64,000 nucleotides of DNA, taken from assembly GCF_018977255.1 (NCBI RefSeq), contig NW_024704743.1, positions 110,858,001-110,922,000 of the forward strand. The letters are read 5' to 3'. Below the pieces are notes generated by a model, which was given only the letters and a program-made list of their open reading frames with translations, searched no databases and had not been told where the DNA came from. This DNA is from Callorhinchus milii (Eukaryota). This document shows, one piece after another, positions 1 through 11,960 of this stretch (the first letter of the stretch is position 1; every line of letters begins with the position of its first letter). A program made the position numbers and the translations under genes.

Positions 1-236
1 TTCCTTACTCCACACAGAGCCTAATAATAATCCCTCCAAAACCAAAAAAAAAATAAATTGGTTATTTTCAATCTACGACTGTTTGTGGGACATTGCTGGG
101 CGCAATTGGCTGCCGCGTTCGCCCACAAATATACAGTCAATTCACTTTACAGTGTGTTCTGTGAAGCGCTTTGGGACGTCCTCCCGACGTGAAAAGCGCT
201 ATATCAAATGCAAGGATTATTATTATTATTATTATT
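1..236 (+). mobile_element. tRNA-derived SINE (young subfamily; 5' end outside the window)
   Basis: Same body and (ATT)n tail as the full copies at 16833 and 48925. Confidence 0.9.
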
Positions 237-1250
237 GGCCAGGTCCCTTTTTAACTCACTGAAATTAGCCCTCTTCTAGTTGAGTATCTTCACCTTTGAT
301 TGTTCCTTGTCCCTTTCCATATGCACTCTGAATCTAATGATGCTGTGATCACTATTGCCCAAATGCTCTCCCACTGAAACCTGCTCCACTTGCCCTACTT
401 CATTCCCCAGAACTAGATCCAGCACTGCTTCTTTCCTCGTTGGGCTGGAAACGTACCGATGAAGAAAGTTGTCCTGTACGCATTTTAGGAATCTTTACCC
501 CTCCTTGTCCTTTGCACTGTTGTTTTGCCAATCTATGTTGGGATAATTAAAGTCCCCCATTATCACGACTCTATTGTCCTTGCATCTGTCTGAGAGCTGC
601 TTGCAGATCTGCTCATCTATTTCCTTCCCACTATTTGGTAATCTATAGTATACCCCTACCAGTGTAACAGCTCCTTTTTTGTTCCTTAATTCTAACCAGA
701 TAGATTCTGTTTTGGGGCCCTCCAGCACCTCGACCCTTTCCACGGCTATAACCATATCCTTGATTAATATTGCTACACCCCCTCCTTTTTTTCCTTCCCT
801 ATCCCTCCTGAATACATTATAGCCAGGAATATTCAGCTCCCGTTCCTGTCCTTGTTTGAGCCAAGTCTCTGTTACTGCTACTACATTGTATCCCCCTATG
901 ACCACTTGAGCCTGCAGCTCACCAATCTTGTTTGCTAAACTCCGTGCATTTAGGCACATGCACTCCAAGACCGACTTGACCTGTTCTGCACTTACCCCCC
1001 GTTTTATTTCTCTATGTTCTTGCCCATTGTTTTTTGCATTCCCTTCCCCCCTCAAAACTAGTTTAAACCCTCCCCTACAGCATTACTTAGCCTGACTGCA
1101 AGGATATTTGCCCCAGCCCTGTTTAGATGTAACCCACCCATATGGTACAGGTCCCACCTGCCCCAGAACTGGTCCCAATGATCCAGAAACCTGAAGCCCC
1201 CTTTTCTGGACCATTTCTCCAACCAAACGTTCATATGCTTGATCCTGCCA
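237..1250 (-). mobile_element. CR1-clade LINE internal fragment: ORF1 3' end (SGNH-esterase-like) and ORF2 endonuclease
   Basis: ORF1 end NVWLEKWSRKGGFRFLDHWDQFWGRWDLYHMGGLHLNRAG..GLN* (stop at 1058-1060). Then APE motifs LNARSL, VAVTETWL, GGGVA, GDFNYP; frameshifted near 495. Confidence 0.88.
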
Positions 1251-1384
1251 TTATGGTGTTGTGACTAGGACTATCATAGTCCTTAAGGGTGGATACAGTC
1301 TGCTGATGTCAAATACCACTAATTTGCCAAAGTGTTTAATTCTGAGATATGCTAAATCATCATAATGGTGATCTTTACACATTT

Positions 1385-3941
1385 TATAATTCATGACCTC
1401 ACCGTTGAGGAAAATATCGACATCCTCGCCCTCACCGAAACCTGGGTCACCTCAGGCGACACCTTCCCACTAGTTGAGGCCTCACCTCCAGGTTACACCT
1501 TTCATCAAACCCCACGGCCTAATTGCCGTGGCGGCGGTATGGCTCTCATTTCCCGGTCCCCCCTCGGCCTTTCCCCTTACTCCTCCGGAACCTTCCCCTC
1601 CTTTGAACACCTTACCCTCTACCACCCCTCTAGGCTTTCCTTCAAAATCCTCCTTGTTTACCGTCCCCCCAAGCCTTCCCCCACCTTCCTCTCGGACATC
1701 TCCACCCTCCTATCTCCCCTCTCCCTCTGCTCTGAACATCTTATTATCTTAGGTGACTTCAACCTCCACTTCACCCCCTCCTGCTCTACCTCTGCCGACT
1801 TCTTCTCCCTCCTCTCTTCCCTCAACCTCTCCCTCCTCATCCACTCCCCCACCTACATCCATGGCCACCCACTTGACCTGGGGATCACCCGAGGCCTCAC
1901 CGTCTCAGACATCACCATCGTCAATAAAGCCATCTCGGAACATCACTTCATCTCCCTCAACACTTCTGTACCCCTTCCCTCTTCAACAACCCTCCACCAT
2001 TACATACCATCCATGGAAAAAAATTCCTCGCTCCCTCTCCACTGCCCTGGAGTCATTTGAACTCCTACACCTCTGGCCCTCACTGACCGATTTCCCCTCC
2101 TCACTCTCCTTTCTCCACAACTCCCTTTCCTACATTCTGGACTCCCTTGCCCTTCTCACCTCCCGAACTGCCTCATACTCCCGTAAATCCCCCGGTACAC
2201 CAGCCATCTCCGTTCCCTCAAGGCACAAGTGTGAGCTGCTGAAAGCGTGAGGGACCAAATCCAAACTAACGGTCCATCGGTAGATTTGGCTTCACCACAC
2301 CAAGATCTACCGCTGCGCTCTTGCCTCCGCCAAATCCTCCTTCTACTCCAAGGTTATCATGGAGCCAAAGGACAGCCCCCGGCTTCTCTTTTCCACCACT
2401 AACCGTCTCCTCCGTCCACCATAGCTCGCCCATCCTCTCCTCAAACTCCAACTGTGAGGAGATGCTGGACTTCCTTGAATCTAAAATCAAGGGGATTTGA
2501 TTTTAGCCACCTCAGTCCCGTCCACAGCCACTCCCACATCCCCTCTCCCTCATGACCCACCCCCCACCCATCCCCCAATATACTCCTTCGACCCTATCTC
2601 TCCCTCCTCCCTCACCACGACTGTCCGCAAACGCAAACCCACCACCTGCTCCCTCGATCCCATCCCCACCTCTCTCCTGTCTCCCAGCTCCACCTTCTGG
2701 CCCCCCTCCTGTCCGATGTCATCAACCTCTCCCTGTCCACCGGTTCAGTTCCCCTAAAAACGGTCGTCATCACCCCCATCCTGAAAAAACCTTCCCTGGA
2801 TCTATCCCTCCTTTCCAGCTACCACCCCATCTCTAACCTCCCATTCCTCTCCAAGGTCCTGGAACGAGTCGTCGGGTCCCAGTTCCACACCTTTCTCTCC
2901 AGCCATTCCCTCTTTGAACCCCTCCAATCCGGCTTCCGCGCTGCCCACAGCACGGAAACAGTCCTGGTCAAAGTCACTAATGACATTCTGAACATCTGTG
3001 ATCAGGGATCCCTCTGCTTCCTTGTCCTCCTTGACCTCTCTGCCGCCTTCGACAGACTGCCTGTCAGACATCAAGTCCTGGATGAGGGCAAATTTCCTAC
3101 AGTTTCATGTGAACAAGACTGAGGCCCTCCTGATTGGCTCACACCAGCGCCTCTGCATCTTAGGCTCTGGCAACATCAACCTCCATGGTTGCACACTACA
3201 ACTCACCAAGCCAGTCAGGAACCTAGGAGTCATGTTCGACCCTCAACTGTCTTTTCTCCCCCACATTCAAGCCATGACCCGCTCTGCCCTCTCTCACCCC
3301 CGTAACATCGCCCGACTCCGCCACTACCTCACCCCTCAGGCCACTGAAACTCTTGTTTATGCCTTCATCACTTCCAGGCTCGACTATGCAAACGCCCTTC
3401 TTGTCGGCCTTCCCGACTCCTCCCTCCACAGGCTGCAGATAATCCAGAGCTCTGCAGCCCGTGTCCTCTCCCACACCGTGACCCCATCTTCCCATTCTCG
3501 CCCGACTCCATTGGCTCCCTATCCTTCAGAGGATCCAGTTCAAGATCCTGGTTGTCACTTACAAAGCCCTCCATGGCCTCGCCCCACCCTACCTCTGTGA
3601 CCTCCTAACCCCCTACCAACCTGCCCGCTCCCTCCACTCAGCCGGCTCCAGCCTGCTCCACATCCCCCACCCCACCTGCCCCACCATTGGCGGGAGAGCC
3701 TTCAGCCACTCTGCCCCCAACCTCTGGAATTCCCTCCCCCAGTCACTCCCCCTCACTCCCTCCTTCGCCTTCTTCAAGTCCCACCTCAAGACCCTCCTCT
3801 TCGACCCTGCCATCAGCCAATCTACTTCCTTACTCCCCCAACCCCAGCTCGGATCTGAAATGCTGTACACTGTCCAGCGCCTTGGGACGTCCTCCCGACG
3901 TGAAAGGCGCTATACAAATGTAATCTTGTTGTTGTTGTTTG
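1385..3941 (+). mobile_element. L2-clade LINE ORF2 remnant (endonuclease, internally deleted RT, 3' tail)
   Basis: Motifs ALTETW, GGG.A, GDFN, GHPLDL, YHPISNLPFLSKVLE, QSGFR..HSTET, LDLSAAFD, KTEALLIG, VRNLGV.FD, SRLDY.NA. Ends with a 3' hairpin and (TTG)n tail. Confidence 0.92.
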
Positions 3942-4159
3942 TTGGAATAAAGAGCAATAAATGTAAAACTGTTGACAGTAGTCAAACACCTCTCTCCTGA
4001 GGAGATTTTGGCAACAAAATTCACAGTCAGTACACTTGGAAAGGAAACTGCTGCAAAGCCAGCCTTCGCTGCAGTCAAGTCTAATCAGTAGATCATGCAC
4101 TCACATCCAACAGTAATACATTTAAGAGGAAACCCGACGCCACATTGTCCGCCTACGAG

Positions 4160-5058
4160 AGACAACTTTCTTCAGCTCAACGTGCGAAAAACCGAGGCCC
4201 TCCTGATTGGCTCACGTCAGCGCCTCCGCACCTCAGGCGCCGACACCATCAGCATCCAAGGCTGCACTCTCCACCTCTCAAAGCCAGTCAGGAACCTCGG
4301 CGTTTTGTTCGACCCTGAGCTGTCCTTTCTCCCTCACATCCGCACCACAACTGGCACCGCCTACCATCACCTCCGGAACATCACCAGACTACGGCACTAC
4401 CTCACCCCTCACGCTGCTGAAACCCTAGTTCACGCCTTTGTCACCTCAAGGCTGGACTATGGGAACTCTCTCCTCGCCGGCCTTCCCGCCACCTCCCTCC
4501 ACAAGCTGCAGGTCATTCAGAACTCTGCAGCTCGTGTACTGTCCCGCACCAGGCTTCGGGACCACATCACTCCCACCCTCGCTCGCCTCCACTGGCTCCC
4601 CATCCCCAGAGGATTGATTTCAAGATCCTCATCCTCACCTACAAGGCCATTCACGGCCTTGCTCCCTCCTACCTCTCCAACCTACTATCCCCTACCTACC
4701 TGCCCGTACCCTCCGTTCCTCCGGCTCCGGTCTGCTCCACGTCCCCCGCCCCAACCGCCCTACCATCGGTGGTCGGGCCTTCAGCCTCTCAGCCCCCAGG
4801 CTCTGGAACTCTATCCCCCAGTGCCTTCGCCGCTTCCTCCCTCTCCTCCTTCAAGGCCGGTCTCAAAACCTTTCTCTTTGACCGAGCCTTCAGCTCCCCT
4901 CTCGACTCTCTTCCCCCTTCTCGCTCCCTCCCTTCCCTCCCCTCACCCTGACCATTTCCCCCCTGCTCGGGTCATGACCCAACTGTGCAGCGCCTTGGGA
5001 CGTCCTCCTGACGTGAAAGGCGCTTTATAAATGGAATCTTGTTGTTGTTGTTGTTGTT
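4160..5058 (+). mobile_element. 5'-truncated L2 LINE (second subfamily)
   Basis: [39 protein letters not shown]; same 3' hairpin and (TTG)n tail. Confidence 0.92.
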
Positions 5059-5064
5059 AGTACC

Positions 5065-6060
5065 TCAGTCCAAAACTCTCGTCCATGCCCTCGTCGCTTC
5101 CCGCCTTGATTACTCAAACGCCCTTCTCCCCTGCTCCACTATTCACAAAATTCAACTAATTAAAAACTCTGCCGCCTGCATTCTCACCTGCACAAACTCC
5201 ATACCTCCATTAAGGAGCCCTGTAGCTCAATGGTTGGAGCACTTGCCTTGCAAGCAGGACACCTGGGTTCAATTCCAGGCAGAGGGCAAAACCTTGGGCA
5301 AGTTTCCTTACTCCACACACCTAATAATAATCCCTCCAAAACAAAACAATAATAAATTGGTCATTTTCAATCCACGACTGTTTGTGGGTCACTGCTGTGC
5401 GCAATTGGCTGCTGTGTTTCGCCCACAAATACACAGTCAATTCACTTTACAGTCTATTCTGTGAAGACAGTCTATACTGTCGCGAAGACATGAAAAGCGC
5501 TATATCAAATGCAAGGATTAGTATTATTATTATCGCCCCAGTCCCTGCCAAACTCCATTAGCTCCCTGGCACAGAGCGGATTGATATCAAGAACCTCATT
5601 TAAATCATGTATTTAAATCCCTTCACCTGACACCCCCTTTATCTCTCCAACCTGCTCTCTCCTTCATTACTACCCGCTGCCTCTGCTTAACTGGCTCTGA
5701 CCTCCTCCTTGTCCCCCAGACCCTCTGCCCCACCATCGGTGGCCATGCTATCAGCCACTACACCCCAAAGCTGTGGAACTCTCTCCCTCAATCCCTTCGC
5801 CTTGCCTCCTCCATCCCCATTTTCAGGTCGCGCTTGAAGACCTTCCCTTTCGACTATGCCTACAGTCACCTTTCCCCTCCCTCTGGCTTGGCATCAGTCT
5901 CCATCACTGTTAATTCAAGTTATTATTGTTTACAGTAAATCCTCCCAAGTGCTTTGAGACGTCCTCCCGGACGTGAAAGATGCCAAACCATTACTGTTAA
6001 GCGCCCTGGAACGTCCTCCGATCGTGAAAGACCCTATATAAATGCACATTTGTATTGTTT
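5065..6060 (+). mobile_element. Older L2 3' fragment interrupted by a SINE
   Basis: [17 protein letters not shown] before the SINE. L2 sequence resumes at ~5534, colinear with the copy at 40222-40817. Confidence 0.8.
5214..5533 (+). mobile_element. Full-length tRNA-derived SINE
   Basis: A box TAGCTCAATGG, B box GGTTCAATTCC, shared body, (ATT)n tail. Confidence 0.9.
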
Positions 6061-6884
6061 GATATCAAATGCAAGGATTATTATTATTATATTTAGAATT
6101 ATATTTTAAATATAAGAAACAGGTTATCGAAAATAAACCACATTTTTTAATAAAAAGGATTAAGGTATCTTATCCCACTACTCCGACAATAAATCATTTT
6201 CTAGTTTTTATCTTTTAAAACATCAATTCATGGAGGAGGAAAAACCCACCTTAAGGATTCTGGGGTGAAAATTGCAATGTGTGATGTGCTAATTAACACC
6301 CATGTCTCTAATTAACACATGCATTGAAAACAACGACCTCGTGATAATTAACTTTCAGTTCTAATCCACATCCTGAAATTAGATATCAGGTGATCAGGAC
6401 ATCACTCACAGCAATGTGAGCTGGTGAGCAACAGCCAGAGCTGGAGAAGATGACTGATGCTGTCAGAGATGGAGATCCTCAAATATGCTCGCTGGAAACA
6501 TAAGCAGGTTTAACAAGAATGATAGGAGTCTGTCTTCCTTCTTTTATTCCTTTTAATCTGATATAGCGCTGGTCACGTCAGAGCATACTTTAAAGACCTT
6601 TGCAGACTATACTGTTAAGTGGAGTGACTGTCAGCAGCCAATCTGCGCAGAGCAAAATCCTGCAAACAGCCATGAAGTGAACGACTAATTTGATTTTAAG
6701 GGATTGTTGGGCGGGACCCGGGAGAAACTCCCATCTCTTTTTGAATAGTGCTATGGGACCTTATGAGATCTGAAGAGGCAGATATTTGAAAATGTCCAAA
6801 TTTTCCTGATTCCAAAATTTCTCAGGTGTCTTGGGTTAAGACGATTAACATTGAGCGTTGAGTGGAAATCCAGAAAATAGTCAC

Positions 6885-7075
6885 AAAATCACAAGGTCAT
6901 AAGATTGGTCTGGATGATGAAAACACTTTGGCCCATCTGATCACATCTCTTCTGAACGCTCACTCTACTGTCCCTCCCATCAGAGCTTTAGATTGCTTTT
7001 TAAATGAGATCGTTGTCCAAGTTTCTACCACCTTTCCTGGCAGCCTGTTCCGGTAGTTGATAACTCTTTGTGTAA
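6885..7075 (-). mobile_element. Degenerate CR1-like 3' end
   Basis: Minus strand reads ACACAAAGAGTTATCAAC..GGAACAGGCTGCCAGGAAAGGTGGTAGA, i.e. the TQRV.N.WN.LP..VVE C-terminal motif. Confidence 0.55.
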
Positions 7076-7087
7076 TCAATGAGTGGA

Positions 7088-9060
7088 ACACAACAACAAC
7101 AACAACAGATTACATTTGTAAAGCGCCTTTCATGTTGGGAGGATGTCCCAAGGCCCTGGACAGTGTACAGCATTTCAGACTCAAGCTGGGGTCAGGGGAG
7201 GGGAAGGGGGGGTGAACAATCGCATAGTCGAAGAGGAGGGTCTTGAGGCAGGACTTGAAGGAGGCTAAGGAGAGGGCGAGGCGGAGTGATTGGGGGATGG
7301 AGTTCCAGAGGTTGGGGGCAGAGTGGCTGAAGGCTCTCCTGCCAATGGTGGGTCGGGTGGTCGGGGGACGTGGAACAGGCTGGAGTCGGCTGAGCGGAGG
7401 GAACGGGCGGGTTGGTAGGGGGTTAGGAGGTCACAGAGGTAGGGTGGGGCAAGGCCATGGAGGGCTTTGTAGGTGAGGACCAGGATTTTGAACTACATCC
7501 TCTGAAGGATAGGGAGCCAATGGAGTTGGGCGAGAATGGGGGAGATGGGGTCACGGAGTTTGGTGCGGGAGAGGACACAGGCTGCAGAGTTCTGGATTAT
7601 CTGCAGCCTGTGGAGGAAGGAGTTGGGAAGGCTGACAAGCAGGGCATTTGCATAGAGGTGATGAAGGCATGAACAAGAGTTTCAGCGGCCTGAGGGGTGA
7701 GGTAGTGGCGGAGTCGGGCGATGTTACGGGGGTGAGGGAAGGCAGAGCGGGTCATGGCTTGGATGTGGGGAAGAAAAGACAGTTGAGGGTCGAACAAGAC
7801 ACCTAGGTTCCTGACTGGCTTGGTGAGTTGAAATGTGCAACCATGGAGGTTGATGCTGCCTGAGGTGCAGAGGCGCTGGTCCGAGGCAATCAGAAGGGCC
7901 TCAGTCTTGTTCACATTCAACTGGAGGAAGTTTGCCCTCATCCTTTACAGTCTATTCTGTGAAGCACTTTGAGACGTCTAGAAGACGTGAAAAGCGCTTC
8001 ATCAAATGCAAGGATTATTATTATTATTACATCCAGGACTTGATGTCAGGACAGCAGTGGTCCTGGAGTAGGGTGGAAACAGAAAGATAGGATTGGGTGT
8101 CATCCGCATACATATGGATGTTGACCCCCATGTCTGCAGATGATGTCACCAAGGGCGAGCATGTAGATATTAAAGAGGAGAGGGCCAAGGACAGAGCCCT
8201 GGGACCCCAGACATGACAGTGCGGGGGCTGGAGGAGAAACCGTTAGAAGCAACAAAGTGGAGACGGTGAGAGAGATAGGGCAAGGGCAGATCTGTGAAGA
8301 TTAAGTAAGGAGGAGAGGCAGTATATGAGGATGGAGTGGTCGACAGTGTCGAAGGCGGTAGAGATGTCGAGGAAGACAAGGAGGCAGAGGGAACCCTGAT
8401 CACAGATGTTCAGAATGTCATTAGTGACTTGGACCAGGACTGTTTCCGTGCTGTGGGCAGCGCAGAAGCTGGATTGGAGGGGTTCAAAGAGGGAATGGCG
8501 AGAGAGAAAGGAGCGGTGTTGGGACGCGATGACTCGTTCCAGGACCTTGGAGAGGAATGGGAGGTAAGAGATGGGGCGGTAGCTGGAGAGTAGGATCCAG
8601 GGAAGGTTTTTTAGGATGAGGGTGATGACAGCTGTTTTTAGGGGAATTGGAACTGAACCAGTTGACAAGGAGAGGCTGATGGTGGAGCTGGGAGATGAGG
8701 AGTGAGGTGGGGATGGGATCGAGTGAGCAGGTGGTGGGTTTCAGTTTGCAAACAATCGCGGCGAGGGAGGAGGGAGAGATAGGGTCGAAGGAGTATAGGG
8801 GGGGATGGGTGGAGGGTGGATCATGAGGGAGTGGTGATGTGGGGGTGGCTGTGGACGGGGCAGAGGTGGCTGAATGTATCCCCTCGATTTTGGTTTCGGG
8901 CCAAATCCAGCATCTCCTCACAGTTGGAGTTTGAGGAGAGGATGGGCGAGGAGTGGCAAGGTGGACAGAGGAGACGGTTTGTGGTGGAAAAGAGAAGCCG
9001 GGGGTTGTCTTTGCCTCCAAAATAACCTTGGAGTAGAAGGAGGATTTGGCGGACATTTGG
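7088..9060 (-). mobile_element. L2 LINE fragment including the RT YADD motif
   Basis: Reverse-complement similarity to 2330-3940. IHMYADDTQ at ~8093-8120. (TTG)n tail at ~7090. Confidence 0.92.
7944..8029 (+). mobile_element. 5'-truncated SINE inserted into an L2, with CATCC target-site duplication
   Basis: CATCC at 7939-7943 and 8030-8034 flanks the SINE tail. Confidence 0.85.
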
Positions 9061-10059
9061 TGGAACACTCTTAATCTGGAAGCTGATTTGTGCGAGGACC
9101 GAAAGTAAACTGCGGCAAATCAGGTTCCAAATTAAGACAGAATTTAAGATGTTTTCAAAAATTTCGGGCAATTGTGAATTTTAAGTCGAAGGACTTGAGT
9201 CTAAGAAAACGTGAAATTCTGGGCCCCTTTATGTATTCTAAAATACATAATTATTTGTATTATTGAAAACTCTTAAAAAGGCAATGTTGCCTACCAAAAG
9301 GTCAGACTCTAAATCGAAACATAAACTACAGTAGAGCAAACCATGTAAAATGTAAAGATAGTAATTGCGTAAAAATAATGAAACATATGGCATACAAATT
9401 AAATTGTTTGAGATAGACAGTGATAATTAATAGATGTGTAATTTGCGTGACTGTTCTTTTGGTTCACACTGATTAAACTGCAGACCCTGGGATGAATCTT
9501 CCAAGCAAAGAGCCATAAATCCTTAATGCTAAGACAGTCTTTTTTTTTAGCAATTTCAATCTGTGTAAAAACCTACATTCCAATCCTATTTCAGATCGTA
9601 TGCTATTGAAGTGCTTCATAGTCTTGCAGTGCAAGGCATTCTGTATCTATGCATTAGCTGATAGTGTGTCAGGAACGGACACGTTTTAATTTGAAACTGA
9701 AGTTATTTAATTTTATTTGTGGGATTTATCACCGTCCCACTGGCCTCAAACTAAGCAGCAAGAGTACGTCAATGGTGTTTTCCGGTTACAGCAAAATACA
9801 AATGCAAATGCACCTCACAAACACTGTTGTGTCGTCTGTGACTTTGGCAATGTAATTCGGGGCATTAATCATAAACTGAAACAAGGCTGGACTCATTTTC
9901 TTCCTCTAGCTACCCATGCCCATTACTGGTAACTAGATTATAATACACCACTGCAGCTGTTTTAACCCTTTGGGTGCCGCTCACAGGGAAAGTTCCTGTT
10001 GAGTTCAGACCAACAGTGTGAATCTTAATAAATTATCCACAAGGATGCAACCATTTAAC

Positions 10060-10440
10060 CAGGTCATATGCAAAAAAAACATAAGCCAATGGTTGAATAT
10101 CATGTGGGTGATTTATAGATACTGTCATATTTTCAGCTGAAGGTCTTCTTTAATTGCTTTCATATCCCATCTCTGATAAAGTCTTCAAATACCATAGGTA
10201 TAACAGATGTGAGATATCAGACAAAGATTCCTTACAATGGTCATTGGTGGATTCACAAGGTGTAACATTTGCAGATTTCCAGACCTCCGAGACAAGTCTG
10301 CATATCGCTGAAGCAAGTAAAAATAGCAGGCTCTTCCTTAAGAACCAATTTAGTGTACCATCTGGTTCACAAGATTTCTTTTGATTGATTTCAGCCAAGG
10401 CTGACTGCAGCAGAGACCTTGCCTGCACCTACATCTGGGA
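10060..10440 (-). mobile_element. Ancient non-LTR retrotransposon RT fragment (family differs from the abundant L2)
   Basis: INQKKSCEPDGTLNWFLRK..LASAICRL..EVWKSANVTP resembles the K..GPD.IPNW.LK..LA.PI..WK.A.V.P pre-RT motif; continues as VFEDFI after a frameshift. Confidence 0.65.
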
Positions 10441-10799
10441 TCCTGCAACACATTTAATAGAAATATGTGAATACAGCCTGTTTCAGGGAGCATGTGGTGG
10501 GGTGGGGGGAGAGGTATTGGGAGAAAAACAATACAGGAATCAAATGTATAGAGAAGTTAAAAACGGAATTTGGCGATGGCGAAAAATGTAACTTTTAGCA
10601 GGAAGAGAAGAGATGGGACACACCCAAATTCTTAGGCAGTTACTCCCTTCCCCACATTTCACAATAACATTCCACTCCGGGGAAATCCAAGTATGGATTC
10701 AAGCAAGGTTTGGTTGGTCCCTTCACCACCCTCTCTCCTGACTCTGTTTCCTTCCACTGGGAGGTCAATGCACTGAACCGGCCGTGATTCCAGAGCGAA

Positions 10800-11090
10800 C
10801 CTTTGATAAGTGTTGGCAGAATATTCATATACAGGGGGCATCAGGGCAAAGCTCAGTCAATCCTCCCCTAAAATCCACACGCCCACCACCCTACAGCAGC
10901 TGCCTCCAGATAGTGATCAGGAATGGCAACTCCAGCTAATTATCCCCCCACCCACCCCCAAGGGCATCAGTGTCCGACTACTGCTCCAGTTGAGATCTCT
11001 TATCTCAGCTAAGCTAAACCTCCTGTTCTACATGTCCTGGCACTGAACCAAACCCAGCTGTGAACCAAGCCCACCGAGCCATTGAGAGAG
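10800..11090 (-). mobile_element. Possible ancient SINE-like repeat; related copy at ~37800-37995 (+)
   Basis: Loosely colinear blocks between the two sites (CTCCT..TC.CT.TC.G..G...CTGC, GTGTGGAT/GTCCGGAT, GGCT..G.TGTGATG.C.CC, GCCAACACT). Confidence 0.35.
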
Positions 11091-11419
11091 TGACGTTCTA
11101 CTCTGCTCAACAGTTTGAAAGCCCAACTGAACATCCTGTTCAGGTTGTAAAGTAATAAATCTCTGTCTAAAACTGTGTCTGGACATGAATTGTCCGTTCA
11201 GACAGGCAACAAAAACCTCAGGACTGGCTGGTACAGGTGTACGGCAATGCTAAGCCACAGAGAACGAGAAGCAAACCCATTTATAAATAAAAGTAGGAAG
11301 TGTTAACGTCTTTATCAGGAGGCCTTGATCATGTGAATGCATTCAGATTTGAACTCACTCTTAGTTACTTGGAAGCTATCTCTCTACATTTCTTACTTCA
11401 CAAAAGTAACTTAGTTTAG

Positions 11420-11533
11420 TCCACAAAATATACAGTCAATTCACTTTGCAGCGTATTCTGTGAAGCACTTTGAGACGTCTTGAAGCCGTGATAAGGTGCT
11501 ATATCAAATGCAAGGATTATTATTATTATTATT
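11420..11533 (+). mobile_element. 5'-truncated SINE
   Basis: SINE 3' body and (ATT)n tail. Confidence 0.82.
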
Positions 11534-11584
11534 CACTAATGGGATTGTTTTTAGTGTTTTTTTAAAATTTTGTTTTATACAGGA

Positions 11585-11960
11585 TTTCATACAATGTTTC
11601 TGCATGGAAACAGGCGTTTTGGCCCAACCCTGTGTCTGTGGTTATACTCTAAATGATTCCCCACCCCTCCTATTCCCCGCTCCTATACCCCTCTATTCCC
11701 TTCTCCCTCAAATATACATCAAGTTTCCTCTTAAATACATTGATGCTTTTTGCTCCAACCACAGTTGCCAGGAGTCAGTTCCACATTCTCACCATCCACT
11801 TTCTGAAGAAGTTCCTACTATTTTATTAGGCTATCATATTAACATATTAATATATTAATATCATATTAACGCTCCCTCCCCTCCCCAACCCCCACCATTT
11901 TAGACTCACCAACAACAACAGTCTATTAGCATCCATCTTTATCAGAACCTTTGATCATGA
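11585..11960 (-). mobile_element. Degenerate CR1-like 3' end
   Basis: Minus strand GTGGATGGTGAGAATGTGGAACTGACTCCTGGCAACTGTGGTTGGAGCAAA, then a GGGCCAAA.CGCCTGTTTC tail. A similar short tail lies at ~12230-12375. Confidence 0.55.

Noticed and set aside
1474..9068. Many Pro/Ser-rich or Gly/Glu-rich ORFs
   Set aside because: Off-frame or antisense readings of C-rich L2 sequence.
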